Source: Desulfocapsa sulfexigens DSM 10523
GTDB taxonomy: Bacteria > Desulfobacterota > Desulfobulbia > Desulfobulbales > Desulfocapsaceae
Direction of reading: 5' to 3'
Length of the DNA: 32,000 nucleotides
NCBI RefSeq assembly: GCF_000341395.1
Contig: NC_020304.1
Coordinates: 1,230,001-1,262,000, forward strand
Made by a program: the position numbers and the translations under genes
Part shown: in pieces, positions 1 to 12,237 of the stretch
Position numbering within the stretch: position 1 is the first letter of the stretch
Layout: each line of letters starts with the position of its first letter
The notes under the pieces: model-generated
Told to the model about the DNA's origin: nothing
What the model saw: only the letters and a program-made list of their open reading frames with translations
The model's database searches: none

Positions 1-546
1 CTTCTTACTATTCAGGAAGGAACATTAATTCCAAAAAAAGGTGTTCAGGAATTAAAAAAATTCTGTGATAGTCGTGATAGTGTTGAAATATCTTTTGAAA
101 AAGAAAAACTTATAGCGAAAGATAATGAATCTGTAATGGTCATTCGTTTAAAACAGGGTGAATTTCCACAATACAGAGCAATTGTCAACGCAGTTCAACT
201 TGAAAATAAAATAACCATAGAAAGAAGACCATTTCTTGATTCTCTGAAACGAATTAATCTCTTTACAGAAGATATATTTCATACAATTCAACTTGAAATT
301 GAAAATGGCAAGATGATTTTGAGTTCGCAGAATGTAGATCTCGGAAACGCTAAAGACATACAGGATATTCAATACGATGGTGAACCTTTGCTTTTGGGCT
401 TTAATTGTCGTTATTTTATAGAAACTCTTCAGGTTATGGAATGTGATAGTGTGGATGCATACATTAATTCTAATAATAGTCCCTGTCTTATGAAATCAGA
501 CAGGGATGAAGGATTTTTAAGTATTATAATGCCCATGCAGTTATAG
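1..546 (+). CDS. dnaN: DNA polymerase III beta subunit (sliding clamp), C-terminal part; the 5' end lies outside the window
   Basis: Frame 1 is open from base 1 (LLTIQEGTLIPKKGVQELKKFCDS...) and runs into track ORF 136..546. C-terminal residues (GEPLLLGFNCRYFIETLQVM, SPCLMKS, FLSIIMPMQL) look like clamp domain III. It sits directly upstream of gyrB, as in many ori regions. Confidence 0.88.
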   Translation, partial: LLTIQEGTLIPKKGVQELKKFCDSRDSVEISFEKEKLIAKDNESVMVIRLKQGEFPQYRAIVNAVQLENKITIERRPFLDSLKRINLFTEDIFHTIQLEIENGKMILSSQNVDLGNAKDIQDIQYDGEPLLLGFNCRYFIETLQVMECDSVDAYINSNNSPCLMKSDRDEGFLSIIMPMQL

Positions 547-605
547 TTTATATATTTAAATTTTTATATAATTTACAAACAATTATCTATTCTTAGTGTA
601 TTTGA

Positions 606-3056
<2,451 letters not shown>

Positions 3057-3121
3057 TCAAAACTATAGATAAAGCGCATTGCTCTGGCTATGCAGCATAA
3101 TGTTGTAAATTGGTATTTTAT

Positions 3122-5617
3122 ATGACAACTGAAGAACAAGAAATTCATCCAACAATCTCCATTGAAAGGGAGATGAGAAAATCCTATCTCGATTATGCTA
3201 TGAGCGTCATAATTGGTAGAGCTCTGCCAGATGTTCGTGACGGTCTAAAACCAGTTCATCGTCGGGCTCTTTTTGCCATGCGAGAACTCTCTGTTTTTTT
3301 TAACAGACCCTATGTTAAATCGGCTCGTATAGTCGGTGATGTTATAGGTAAGTATCATCCTCATGGTGATACGGCCGCCTATGATACCATTGTTCGAATG
3401 GCTCAGGATTTCTCCATGCGTTACCCGCTGGTTGACGGTCAGGGTAACTTCGGATCTATGGATGGTGATTCTCCTGCAGCTATGCGTTATACCGAAGCAA
3501 GAATGACAAAAATTGACAGAGATATAGTAAGTGATCTTGAAAAGGATACTGTCGATTTTGGTCCTAACTATGATAACTCCATGACTGAACCATTGGTTAT
3601 GCCAAGTAAAATTCCAAATTTGCTGGTCAATGGATCGTCAGGTATTGCCGTTGGAATGGCCACCAACATTCCGCCCCACAATCTCACTGAAGTTATGAAT
3701 GGCTTAATTGCCATGATTGATAATTCTAACATCACAGTCCATGAGCTTATTGAAATAATAACCGGTCCCGATTTCCCCAAAGGTGCTTTTATATGTGGGC
3801 GCGCTGGAATCCGTGAGGCTTATGAGACGGGACGTGGCAGTATACTTATGCGTTCACGTACTCATGTTGAAACAATTAAGGGGAGTAAAAGGGAAGCAAT
3901 TATTGTAACGGAAATTCCCTTTCAACAAAACAAGGCAACCCTAGTTTCCAAGATAGCTCTTCTTGTAAAAGAAAAGAAAATAAATGCAATAGCTGAAGTT
4001 CGTGACGAATCTGACAGGCATGGTGAAAGAATAGTAATTGAATTGAAAAAAGATGAAATCGCTGATGTTGTAATTAATCAGTTATATAAAATGACACCTT
4101 TACAGCGATCCTTTGGTATTATCTTTCTGGCAATTGTTAATAACAAACCTGAGGTTTTAAATCTAAAACAAATTCTCGAATATTTTATTCTTCATCGTAA
4201 AGTTATTGTTTATCGCCGTACAGCCTTTGAATTAAGAAAAGCAGAAGAAAAGGCACATCTTTTAGAAGGTCTTAAAATTGCCATTACCAATTTGGATGAG
4301 GTTGTAGAATTAATTAAATCTTCTGATAATCCAGCTGCTGCAAAAGCCGAATTGATAGGCCGCTTTAATCTCTCTGATATTCAATCTCAGTCTATTCTTG
4401 ATATGAGACTACAGCGTCTTACCGGTCTTGAGCGTGATAAAATTATTCAGGATTACAAAGATATCATTGCAGAGATAAATAGATTACAGGAAATCCTTGG
4501 TGATGAAAACCTGGTAATGAAGATAATCCGTGATGAATTTATCGAAATTAGAGATACCTATGGAGATGAGAGACGCACTGAAATAATAGATGCTGTTGAT
4601 GAAATTCTCCCTGAAGATATGATAACTCAGGAGGATATGGCGGTTACCGTTACCCACACAGGTTATATTAAGCGTAATCCTGTGAGTATATACAGATCCC
4701 AAAAGCGTGGCGGAAAAGGAGTTTTGGGTGTGAAAAACATTGAGGAAGATTTTGTTTCTAACCTTTATGTTGCTTCAACCCATGATACATTCCTCTTTTT
4801 CACCAATCATGGAAAAATATTCTGGCGAAAAGTTTATCAGCTTCCGTTAGCCGGACGCACTGCACGAGGGAAAGCTATTGTCAATCTTCTTAATCTTGCA
4901 GAGGATGAGAAGGTTGCTGCCATTCTACCTGTTGCTGATCTTCAGAATGAAAAAATAACTAAAACTATACTCATGGTAACCCGTCTTGGACGCGTTAAAA
5001 AAACCAGCCTTGAGGAATTTATTAAACCACTCAAGCGCGGTAAAAAAGCACTTACTATTAATGAAGATGATGAGATTATCTCTGCCCATATCCTTACGGG
5101 CGACGATACCATTTTTCTTTTTTCCAAATACGGTTCTTCTATCCACTTTCATGAAAGTGATGTCCGAACCATGGGTAGAACAGCTGCAGGAGTTCGTGGT
5201 ATTCGGTTAAAAGAAAATGATTATGTTGTTGGATCTATCGTAATTGATTCCGATTCTTCTATTCTCACAGTAACTGAAAATGGTTATGGAAAAAGAAGTC
5301 CCGTTGCCGACTATCGTATTCAAAAACGCGGTGGACTGGGTATTATGGCCATTAAAACTAGTGAACGAAATGGCTACGTTGTCGGTGCCATGCAGGTAGA
5401 TGATGACTCAGAGGTCATGTTGATAGCTGATTCTGGGAAAATGATTCGAATGCCGATGAGCAATGTGAGGGTTATTGGTAGAACAACTCAGGGTGTAGGA
5501 CTTATCAATCTTGCAGATGATGAACGGGTTGTTGCAATGGATCTTGTAGCTCCTGAAGAAGAATCTGATGATGAAAGTGAAGGTGAATTTCAAGAATTAC
5601 AGCGTTCAGATGAATAA
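3122..5617 (+). CDS. gyrA: DNA gyrase subunit A
   Basis: [12 protein letters not shown] (QRDR region), [10 protein letters not shown] with the catalytic Tyr, repeated C-terminal beta-pinwheel blades and an acidic tail ([11 protein letters not shown]). The track ORF starts at TTG 3110; ATG 3122 (MTTEEQ...) is preferred. Confidence 0.97.
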   Translation: MTTEEQEIHPTISIEREMRKSYLDYAMSVIIGRALPDVRDGLKPVHRRALFAMRELSVFFNRPYVKSARIVGDVIGKYHPHGDTAAYDTIVRMAQDFSMRYPLVDGQGNFGSMDGDSPAAMRYTEARMTKIDRDIVSDLEKDTVDFGPNYDNSMTEPLVMPSKIPNLLVNGSSGIAVGMATNIPPHNLTEVMNGLIAMIDNSNITVHELIEIITGPDFPKGAFICGRAGIREAYETGRGSILMRSRTHVETIKGSKREAIIVTEIPFQQNKATLVSKIALLVKEKKINAIAEVRDESDRHGERIVIELKKDEIADVVINQLYKMTPLQRSFGIIFLAIVNNKPEVLNLKQILEYFILHRKVIVYRRTAFELRKAEEKAHLLEGLKIAITNLDEVVELIKSSDNPAAAKAELIGRFNLSDIQSQSILDMRLQRLTGLERDKIIQDYKDIIAEINRLQEILGDENLVMKIIRDEFIEIRDTYGDERRTEIIDAVDEILPEDMITQEDMAVTVTHTGYIKRNPVSIYRSQKRGGKGVLGVKNIEEDFVSNLYVASTHDTFLFFTNHGKIFWRKVYQLPLAGRTARGKAIVNLLNLAEDEKVAAILPVADLQNEKITKTILMVTRLGRVKKTSLEEFIKPLKRGKKALTINEDDEIISAHILTGDDTIFLFSKYGSSIHFHESDVRTMGRTAAGVRGIRLKENDYVVGSIVIDSDSSILTVTENGYGKRSPVADYRIQKRGGLGIMAIKTSERNGYVVGAMQVDDDSEVMLIADSGKMIRMPMSNVRVIGRTTQGVGLINLADDERVVAMDLVAPEEESDDESEGEFQELQRSDE

Positions 5618-6632
5618 TCCGATTGTTAATAAAATAGCAGTCATTGGTGCAGGATCTTGGGGAACTGCAATAGCCGGTGTGCTTTCTGCAAAGGGTTTGA
5701 AAACTGTTCTCTGGGGGCATAATGATAAACATATAGAGGATCTTAAAAAGGATCGTGAAAATAAGAAATATCTTCCAGGTTTTGAATTTCCTCAACTGCT
5801 TTCGATTGAAACAGATTTAAAGGAAGCCGCAACCGGAGCAGATGTTGTTTGTATGGTTGTACCGTCACACGGGTATCGTAAAGTTTTTGAAACACTTATT
5901 CCCTATCTTAAAACTGGTGCAAGTGTTGTCTCAGCCGTAAAGGGGATCGAAAATAGCTCTCTAATGACCATGACTCAGGTAATGAGGCAATGCCTTGGAA
6001 GTGCTCTGACCGCTAAAAATTTAACCCTTTCTGTCCTTTCTGGGCCATCATTCGCGAAAGAGGTCGCCTTGGGTTTACCTACTCTCGTAACTATTGGCTG
6101 TGATAACCTTGAGGACGCTCAGTTTCTTCAAAATGTTTTTGGAAGTGAACGTTTTCGTGTTTACGCTGCTCAGGATATGATGGGACTTGAGGTAAGTGCT
6201 GCTCTTAAAAATATTATAGCTATTGCTGCTGGTATAAGTGATGGCTTAGGTTTTGGCCTAAACAGTAGGGCAGCGCTTATAACTCGAGGACTCGCTGAAA
6301 TTACTCGCATGGGTGTTGCCATGGGGGCAGATCCCGTTACCTTCTCTGGACTTTCTGGTATTGGCGATCTGGTTCTCACCTGCACCGGTGATCTCAGTCG
6401 AAACAGGTCAGTGGGTCTTAAACTTGGAGTAGGAATGAAACTTTCCCAGATACTCGATGAGATGGAGATGGTTGCAGAAGGTGTTAAAACTACTCAGTCG
6501 GTTCACGACCTGATGTTACAAATGGAGGTTGAAATGCCCATTCTTGATCAGGTCTATCAAATTCTTTATAAAGGGAAAGAATGCTCAAAAGCCGTGACCG
6601 ACCTGCTGACCAGAGAGTTGAGGGTCGAATAA
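5610..6632 (+). CDS. gpsA: NAD(P)H-dependent glycerol-3-phosphate dehydrogenase
   Basis: Rossmann N-terminus [16 protein letters not shown] and the [20 protein letters not shown] motif. ATG 5610 overlaps the last gyrA codons. The track start at 5568 lies inside gyrA. Confidence 0.93.
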   Translation: MNNPIVNKIAVIGAGSWGTAIAGVLSAKGLKTVLWGHNDKHIEDLKKDRENKKYLPGFEFPQLLSIETDLKEAATGADVVCMVVPSHGYRKVFETLIPYLKTGASVVSAVKGIENSSLMTMTQVMRQCLGSALTAKNLTLSVLSGPSFAKEVALGLPTLVTIGCDNLEDAQFLQNVFGSERFRVYAAQDMMGLEVSAALKNIIAIAAGISDGLGFGLNSRAALITRGLAEITRMGVAMGADPVTFSGLSGIGDLVLTCTGDLSRNRSVGLKLGVGMKLSQILDEMEMVAEGVKTTQSVHDLMLQMEVEMPILDQVYQILYKGKECSKAVTDLLTRELRVE

Positions 6633-6646
6633 AAATTATTCAATGT

Positions 6647-7756
6647 ATGGAAAAAACTAATAATCAAAGAAGTATACAGTTTCTTAGTTACCTCGCCCTC
6701 TTCCTGCTTTTTGCCTCACTTTATATTTTTTCTTCCTATTTACACTATATCCTGGTTGCTGCTGTACTCGCACTTTGTACCAGTCATGCTTTGTCATCAT
6801 TAATAAAATTTTTGAATCGATCCCCTTTTCCCGGATTTATAAGAAAAAACTCTAACTTTATAAGTGCTTCTATTTTAACACTGTTTTTTCTCTGTTTAAT
6901 ATTTGCTCCCCTAGTTTATTTTCTTTCTGAAACCTATATTCAAATGTCCCATGTCGATGTTGACCATGTAAAAAAAGTAACCATGGAACTTGTTAACAGG
7001 CTGGTTGCGTTTACCGACCCAATTCCGATTCTTTATAATTTTCTCAGTACGTTAAAAACTGAAGGGTTTTCATTGTTAAAAAGTGTTTCTATTGAAACGC
7101 TTTACAAAACTATAAATGGTGTTGCTTCAGGGGCTGGAGGTCTGGTTGTTCAAATAGGATGGATATTGATTTTTTATTTTCTTTTTAATCTCAATGGAAG
7201 GCAAATACTTGCCTTTACAGCCAGAGTACTACCAACAAGTTTTGAGCATGAAAAGTATTTATACCGGGAGTGTACAGGAACAGTAGCCGTTGTCTTTTAT
7301 GGAACGCTTTTTAATATGCTAGCCCAGGGGCTTACCTTTGGTATCCTCATTTTTTTTATCGGTGGCTACAATACATTTTATCTCGCTGTTCTTGCGGGTT
7401 TTTGTTCTGTTATACCAATTGTAGGAGCAGCTCTTGTTTATGTCCCCGTGATAGCTCTTGAACTGGTTGCTGGAAATTTTATAAATGTTCTTGTTATTCT
7501 AATTGTAGTTTGGGGTATTATGGGTTTTTTCATCGATAATATTTTGCGAATTATTTTTATAAGCCACTTAAAAAGAATTTTTGGTTTCGAGTACACTATG
7601 AATGAAATATTAATTCTGCTCTCAATTCTGGCAGGAATTGCAAGTTTTGGGTTCTGGGGAATTATCATTGGACCTTCCGTCATAGCCCTTAGTCTGGCAG
7701 CAGCTAATCTTTATAGCTCACAAATTGAGCATACTGGATTTCCAGAAGATTTTTAA
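6647..7756 (+). CDS. Polytopic inner-membrane protein, AI-2E/PerM (UPF0118)-type permease
   Basis: Multiple hydrophobic helices throughout. The C-terminal half (GGYNTFYLAVLAGFCSVIPIVGAALVYVPV ... GFFIDNILRIIFIS) resembles AI-2E family transporters as I recall them. ATG 6647 is chosen because the 6581 start overlaps gpsA. Confidence 0.6.
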   Translation: MEKTNNQRSIQFLSYLALFLLFASLYIFSSYLHYILVAAVLALCTSHALSSLIKFLNRSPFPGFIRKNSNFISASILTLFFLCLIFAPLVYFLSETYIQMSHVDVDHVKKVTMELVNRLVAFTDPIPILYNFLSTLKTEGFSLLKSVSIETLYKTINGVASGAGGLVVQIGWILIFYFLFNLNGRQILAFTARVLPTSFEHEKYLYRECTGTVAVVFYGTLFNMLAQGLTFGILIFFIGGYNTFYLAVLAGFCSVIPIVGAALVYVPVIALELVAGNFINVLVILIVVWGIMGFFIDNILRIIFISHLKRIFGFEYTMNEILILLSILAGIASFGFWGIIIGPSVIALSLAAANLYSSQIEHTGFPEDF

Positions 7757-7921
7757 CATAGTATGATACCGCAAATATAGTTGTAGCCTTAAAAAAATGC
7801 TCTTGTTTAGGGTGCAGTTGGTCTGAGGCTACAATTTTGTGCAAATCTTTTTTAACGAAAAATCATACCAATACAGAGATACAAGCCATTTACTATAGTA
7901 GCCTGGTTCATCGGTTTGTAT

Positions 7922-8593
7922 TTATTTAGACCAGTCATTATTCTTAAACTCATCGTGATCAGGTTTAGGCGGTTTTGCTTCGGAAATACGCTGGTTCAAC
8001 CAGATAATCACTTTATCAAATTCGTTGCGAAGTTCAGTAAGTGCCTTACCGCGATGGCTTACTTTGTTTTTTTCTTCCAAACCACATTCTGCAAAACTCT
8101 TCCCAAATGGCTCATAGTAGAAAAGTGGGTCGTAACCGAAGCCGGAATCACCTTGCTTTTCTTGAAGAATAGTACCCTCACATGTGCCTTCATAGGTTAG
8201 TGCTGGTCCAGATGGAACCGCAATAGACAACACACACTGAAATGCCGCCTTACGATTTTCCTTCCCTTCCATTTCTTTCAGTAGTTTTTCACAATTCTCA
8301 GCATCGGTAGCTGATTCTCCTGCATATCTTGCCGAATAAACTCCTGGTGCCCCACCTAAGGCCTCAACCTCAAGTCCTGAGTCGTCAGCGATTGCTGGGA
8401 GACCAAGAATCTTTGCAGTGTGTAGGGCCTTCTTATAAGCATTGTCATCAAAAGTTTCTCCATCTTCGATACACTCTGGGATTGGTCCAAAATCTGCTAC
8501 GGATTTAATTTCTATTGGAAAATCACTAAGCATCTCTTGAAATTCTTTAACTTTGTTTTTGTTTGTTGTTGCAAGAACAATAAGATCGACCAT
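7922..8593 (-). CDS. rdgB: Non-canonical purine NTP pyrophosphatase (RdgB/HAM1 family)
   Basis: LVLATTNKNKVKEF, IADDSGLEVEALGGAPGVYSARY, FGYDPLF and SHRGKAL motifs. There are about 25 extra C-terminal residues relative to typical ~200-aa members. Confidence 0.9.
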   Translation of the reverse strand: MVDLIVLATTNKNKVKEFQEMLSDFPIEIKSVADFGPIPECIEDGETFDDNAYKKALHTAKILGLPAIADDSGLEVEALGGAPGVYSARYAGESATDAENCEKLLKEMEGKENRKAAFQCVLSIAVPSGPALTYEGTCEGTILQEKQGDSGFGYDPLFYYEPFGKSFAECGLEEKNKVSHRGKALTELRNEFDKVIIWLNQRISEAKPPKPDHDEFKNNDWSK

Positions 8594-8648
8594 TTCGAAC
8601 CCTCATTAGGAATAAAATTTAATCAATGAAAATTATAAAAAAAGTCAG

Positions 8649-9212
8649 TTATTTTTTTCTTTCTTTACGTAATTTTCTCTGTAAGTTTTTATCATAGCGT
8701 TCCTGTTCGCTATAGATACAGCCGCAATAGGGTTGTCTGTATAATTTCATGTCAATAGCCATGTCTATCCCCTGCTGCCATCCAATTCTAAAATCCTCAT
8801 AATAAAAAGGAATATTATATTTCGTGGCTATTTTTTCACAAGTACTGATAATGGCATTATGATTTTGATATCGGGAGTAAAGAAGTGTTGAAGAAAAAGC
8901 ATCAGCTCCTGTATTAATTGCCTGTTGCGCAGTTTTTTCAAGACGCATTTCGTAACAGATAGCGCATCGATTTTTCTCATTAAAGACGACCTTCCTGAGA
9001 TATTCAGATAAACCATACTCGGATTCTATCTCAAGCTCAAAATCTTCTTTTAAAGAAAATTCTCTTAGCGTGTCCAGGCGCTTTCTGAATTCGCAGTATG
9101 GGTGAATGTTCGGGTTGTAAAAGTATCCGGAAACGTTGAAATTATTGTTTCTCAACTGAGATAATGTGTAGGTAGAACAAGGTGCGCAGCATACGTGAAG
9201 GAGAATTTTCAT
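8649..9212 (-). CDS. queH: Epoxyqueuosine reductase QueH (DUF208)
   Basis: Characteristic cysteine pattern: MKILLHVCCAPCS, FYNPNIHP, RCAICYEMR, PYCGCIYSE. Confidence 0.85.
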   Translation of the reverse strand: MKILLHVCCAPCSTYTLSQLRNNNFNVSGYFYNPNIHPYCEFRKRLDTLREFSLKEDFELEIESEYGLSEYLRKVVFNEKNRCAICYEMRLEKTAQQAINTGADAFSSTLLYSRYQNHNAIISTCEKIATKYNIPFYYEDFRIGWQQGIDMAIDMKLYRQPYCGCIYSEQERYDKNLQRKLRKERKK

Positions 9213-10841
9213 TTAAGGTGTTATTTTAAATTTTTTAGGGTCAATATTGTATTGATGGATTTTATAATTAATGATTCTGAGGCTTGTGTCGAGTATTTTA
9301 GAGGCTTTTGTCTGGTTTCCCCTCGTTTTTTTTAGTGCCTCAATAATAAGATCTTTCTCAAAATTTTCCACTGCAGTTGACAGAGATAATGGATTTTTAT
9401 CTGAAGTCGTAGAATCAGAGGTTTGTAGGGTGGGTGGTAAATGAATACCCTTAATAGTATCTCCGTCGCAAATAAGCACTGCTCGTTCCATACAGTTCTG
9501 CAATTCTCTCACGTTTCCAGGCCAATGGTACTGGATCAGCATATCAATGGCCGTTGTTGAAATTCTGTTTATTTTTACTTTATTTTCATCAGAATATTTT
9601 TTTAGAAAATACTCTGCAAGAAGAAGAATATCTGTTCTCCTTTCTCTAAGAGCTGGCATATATACTGGAAATACATTGAGACGATAATAGAGATCTTCTC
9701 TGAAACTATTATCTCTTACCGCGGCTTCAAGGTCACGATTAGTCGCAGCTACAAGTCTTACATCACATTGTATTGATTTTCCTGAGCCGAGCCTTTGAAA
9801 GGTTCTTTCCTGCACCACATTAAGGAGTTTTACCTGAACAGCTTGACTTATCTCTCCAATTTCATCCAGAAAAAGTGTACCCCCTTCTGCCTGTTCAAAC
9901 CGTCCTGTTTTTCGTTCAGTGGCTCCAGTAAAGGCACCCTTTTCATGACCAAAAAGCTCACTTTCTAACAGTGTTTCAGGTAGGGCGGAACAGTTTACAA
10001 CAACAAATTGTTTGTTACTTCTTTTAGAGTTGTAATGCAGAGCCTTGGCGACCAGAGTTTTTCCTGTACCAGACTCACCACGCAATAAAACAGTTGCATT
10101 TGAGTCAACCACCCTATGGATCATCTCATATACTTCCTGCATACGGCTTGAATTACCCTGAATATCATTAATGGTGTTTTTGCCTGATAACTCTCGGCGG
10201 AGTTTTAGGTTTTCTTCTATCAGATCTTCCTGTTCCCTGCTTACCGTCTGGATCCGCTGTGTTGTCTGTGCAATAAGGGAACTGAGAATTGTTAAAAAGC
10301 GCAAGTCATCATCTGCCTGCTTTGAGATTCCCTCAAGATATACCCGATCCACTGACAATGCCCCAATAACCTGTTTACCCCCATGAATAGGGACACAAAT
10401 AAATGACCTTGCCTTTGTGTTTAAATCTCCACGTGCTCTGGTTTTGTTTAAAAACATAGGTTCGTCTGCGATATGAGGCACAATAATTGATTCGCCTGAT
10501 GCCACCACTTTTCCAGTAATACCTTCACCAATTTGGTATTTACCACGCTTTCTACCCTCTGCACTAATACCATGTGCTACCTCTATTTCTAGTTTACCAG
10601 TTATAGGGTTTATGATCGTAACTGTCCCATTCTCCATGTTTTTCATAACATCAATGGTTTTCATTGCATTACTTAAACACTCCCTCAGGTCTGTTGAAGA
10701 GGCTAGATTTTTCGTAATTTCATAAAGACACGTGAGGTCTTTTAATTGTGTTGAAATATCTTTTAATTGTTTCATTTTTGTCTTTTTACTCGTGCTAACC
10801 GTTATTTTTTTCAGTAATACTGTTGTTGCAATTTTTTTCAC
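9213..10841 (-). CDS. Sigma-54-dependent transcriptional activator with N-terminal GAF sensor domain (NifA-like architecture)
   Basis: GAF-like N-terminal region; AAA+ module with Walker A GESGTGKT, the GAFTGA sigma-54 contact loop and Walker B LFLDEIGE; C-terminal Fis-type HTH ([21 protein letters not shown]). GTG 10841 is the longest start and ATG 10775 (MKQLKD...) is an alternative. The stop codon abuts the queH ATG (cat|tta at 9210-9215). Confidence 0.9.
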   Translation of the reverse strand: MKKIATTVLLKKITVSTSKKTKMKQLKDISTQLKDLTCLYEITKNLASSTDLRECLSNAMKTIDVMKNMENGTVTIINPITGKLEIEVAHGISAEGRKRGKYQIGEGITGKVVASGESIIVPHIADEPMFLNKTRARGDLNTKARSFICVPIHGGKQVIGALSVDRVYLEGISKQADDDLRFLTILSSLIAQTTQRIQTVSREQEDLIEENLKLRRELSGKNTINDIQGNSSRMQEVYEMIHRVVDSNATVLLRGESGTGKTLVAKALHYNSKRSNKQFVVVNCSALPETLLESELFGHEKGAFTGATERKTGRFEQAEGGTLFLDEIGEISQAVQVKLLNVVQERTFQRLGSGKSIQCDVRLVAATNRDLEAAVRDNSFREDLYYRLNVFPVYMPALRERRTDILLLAEYFLKKYSDENKVKINRISTTAIDMLIQYHWPGNVRELQNCMERAVLICDGDTIKGIHLPPTLQTSDSTTSDKNPLSLSTAVENFEKDLIIEALKKTRGNQTKASKILDTSLRIINYKIHQYNIDPKKFKITP

Positions 10842-10940
10842 AATTATGTCATGTCTTGTTCCAATATAGGTTAAATATTCTATTTTATCTCTGATTTTTT
10901 CATTTCTGTTCTATGACCGGTTACCCGAGTACTCAAAATA

Positions 10941-10969
10941 TTGACACAAGCTGTAACAGATGGTAAAAG
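10941..10969 (+). promoter_or_regulatory. Candidate sigma-70 promoter of the tRNA-Ser pair
   Basis: TTGACA (10941-10946), a 17-nt spacer ending in TGg, then TAAAAG (10964-10969). The first tRNA starts about 10 nt downstream at 10980. Confidence 0.5.
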
Positions 10970-10979
10970 ACTTCCATCT

Positions 10980-11065
10980 GGAGGAATGGCCGAGTGGTTT
11001 AAGGCGGCGGTCTTGAAAACCGTTGTACGAAAGTACCGTGGGTTCGAATCCTACTTCCTCCGCCA
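10980..11065 (+). tRNA. tRNA-Ser (anticodon UGA), class II with long variable arm, CCA encoded
   Basis: Acceptor GGAGGAA/TTCCTCC; anticodon stem GCGGT/ACCGT with loop CT-TGA-AA; variable arm GTAC-GAAA-GTAC; T-loop GGTTCGAATCC; 3' GCCA. Confidence 0.92.
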
Positions 11066-11070
11066 GTTTT

Positions 11071-11162
11071 GGAGAGGTGACCGAGAGGCCGATGGTGCTC
11101 GCCTGCTAAGCGAGTGTGGGGGTTAGACTCCACCGAGGGTTCGAATCCCTCCTTCTCCGCCA
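11071..11162 (+). tRNA. tRNA-Ser (anticodon GCU), class II, CCA encoded
   Basis: Acceptor GGAGAGG/CTTCTCC (one G-U pair); anticodon stem CTCGC/GCGAG with loop CT-GCT-AA; long variable arm; T-loop GGTTCGAATCC; 3' GCCA. Confidence 0.92.
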
Positions 11163-11171
11163 AAATAAAAA

Positions 11172-11210
11172 GGCCCGACTTGCTTAATAAGCAAATCGGG
11201 CCTTTTTTTT
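11172..11210. terminator. Bidirectional rho-independent terminator (tRNA-Ser operon on +, SH3 gene on -)
   Basis: GGCCCGA ... TCGGGCC stem (11172-11178 / 11196-11202) followed by T8 on +. It is preceded by AAAATAAAAA, which gives a T-rich tail on the minus strand. Confidence 0.8.
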
Positions 11211-11223
11211 CGTGTTAGTGGGT

Positions 11224-11682
11224 TTAATAGCCCCACAGGAGACTTCTCTTTATCCATCCTGTTAACCCGGACTCATGTTTTACTTTAGCCCACCCTTTGT
11301 CCTGTTTCAGAGTTTCAAAGACCACACCGTAATATGCTTTGCCAACTATATCGAATTTTGTTCCAGGACCACTTCGAATGTTTATCTGTTTTTTCTTTCC
11401 CTTGTTAACCTTCACAACCATATGTGGGGTTGACTTGAGGTATTTGTTAAATACCCACCCTGTGTCGTTTTCAAAATCCCTGATTTTCACCCAACCTCCC
11501 TTTTTAGACAACACTTTCACTGGAAGTCCGCTACCATATAGCCATTTTGGTGAATATTTTGTTCCTGGCCCAGAACGCACCTGTACATTTTCTCCATCAA
11601 TGCTAAGCATTTCAGCTTGAACATTACAAAAAATTAGGATTCCAAGAAAGGTTAAGAAAAGTACGAATTTTAGTTTCATCAT
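11224..11682 (-). CDS. Secreted protein with two bacterial SH3 (SH3b/SH3_3) domains
   Basis: N-terminal signal peptide (MMKLKFVLFLTFLGILIFCNVQA). Two internal repeats: VRSGPGTKY...GWVKI and IRSGPGTKF...GWAKV...GWI. Confidence 0.8.
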   Translation of the reverse strand: MMKLKFVLFLTFLGILIFCNVQAEMLSIDGENVQVRSGPGTKYSPKWLYGSGLPVKVLSKKGGWVKIRDFENDTGWVFNKYLKSTPHMVVKVNKGKKKQINIRSGPGTKFDIVGKAYYGVVFETLKQDKGWAKVKHESGLTGWIKRSLLWGY

Positions 11683-11744
11683 ATACCGTATAAATACCTG
11701 AGGTGACCTATGGTTTATTGACCGTTAATATACAATTAATATAC

Positions 11745-11762
11745 ATGCATTATCATTTCCAG
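11745..11762 (-). promoter_or_regulatory. Candidate sigma-54 (-24/-12) promoter upstream of the SH3 gene
   Basis: The minus strand reads CTGGAAATGATAATGCAT. GG and GC have the canonical spacing of TGGCAC-N5-TTGCA, about 65 nt upstream of ATG 11682. Only a partial match outside the GG/GC dinucleotides. Confidence 0.25.
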
Positions 11763-11810
11763 CGCTTTTATCCTTTCAACGTAACATTCTTTTGATTAAA
11801 AACTAACATT

Positions 11811-12045
11811 TTAGGTAAATACTGTCTTTTCATCATTGAAATCATTGATCCTGGCTGTAACAGATGCTGTTTTGTCCCCTATTTTGATATCTTTGTCCCT
11901 TCTGTCATCTATTGTGATATGGGTGACGACTCGCACCGCTCCTTGATCAAACGGTATTTCGTAGATTTTTTCTAAGATAGCAAAAAGGTCCGTAATTTTT
12001 CCTTCAATCAGTGTTCCCATGTCATTTAGTTTAAATGTCGCATTT
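11811..12045 (-). pseudogene. MTH1187/YkoF-like (UPF0045) thiamine-binding family gene, C-terminal fragment, separated from its 5' part by the IS21 insertion
   Basis: Translation ...ATFKLNDMGTLIEGKITDLFAILEKIYEIPFDQGAVRVVTHITIDDRRDKDIKIGDKTASV... matches the family pattern (pmgT.iEG ... Rv.t.ikiDdR.dk). The first 29 aa of track ORF 11811..12131 are read-through into the IS end. Confidence 0.8.
12041..12045. repeat. Target-site duplication, left copy (CATTT)
   Basis: CATTT lies immediately 5' of the IS terminus TGCATATTCCAG. An identical CATTT lies immediately 3' of the other terminus at 14696-14700. Confidence 0.8.
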
Positions 12046-12185
12046 TGCATATTCCAGACGATTCCGGCCACCGATTCCAGAGTAAACCGGCCACTCATTC
12101 CACGTGATTCCGGCCACCGATTCCATTTCATTCCGGCCAGTGATTCCAGAGGAATCCGGTCACCCCAAATAGGGAGTAGCGACGC
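12046..12185 (+). repeat. IS21 left end: terminal inverted repeat plus three ~20-bp direct subterminal repeats
   Basis: GATTCCGGCCACCGATTCCA at 12060-12079 and 12106-12125, and CATTCCGGCCAGTGATTCCA at 12129-12148. GTAGCGACGC (12176-12185) is mirrored at the right end. These are probably the multiple transposase-binding sites typical of IS21 ends. Confidence 0.8.
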
Positions 12186-12237
12186 ATAGAACCAACTGGT
12201 AGAGAGTGCCTTTTTGAATAAAATTCAAGGAGGGCTC

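Noticed and set aside
7781-7834. TTGTAGCCT ... AGGCTACAA inverted repeat followed by TTTT in the convergent permease/rdgB spacer
   Set aside because: The 9-bp stem has a 36-nt loop, which is atypical for an intrinsic terminator. It may still help termination, but I cannot support it as a defined feature.
10941-11126. 61-aa plus-strand ORF
   Set aside because: It lies entirely over the two tRNA-Ser genes and their promoter, so it is an artefact of translating structured RNA genes.
12095-12112. CATTCCACGTGATTCC inside the IS21 left end as a second parS
   Set aside because: Only the central TTCCACGTGA matches and the outer arms (TGT/ACA) are missing. The sequence is part of the IS subterminal repeat pattern.
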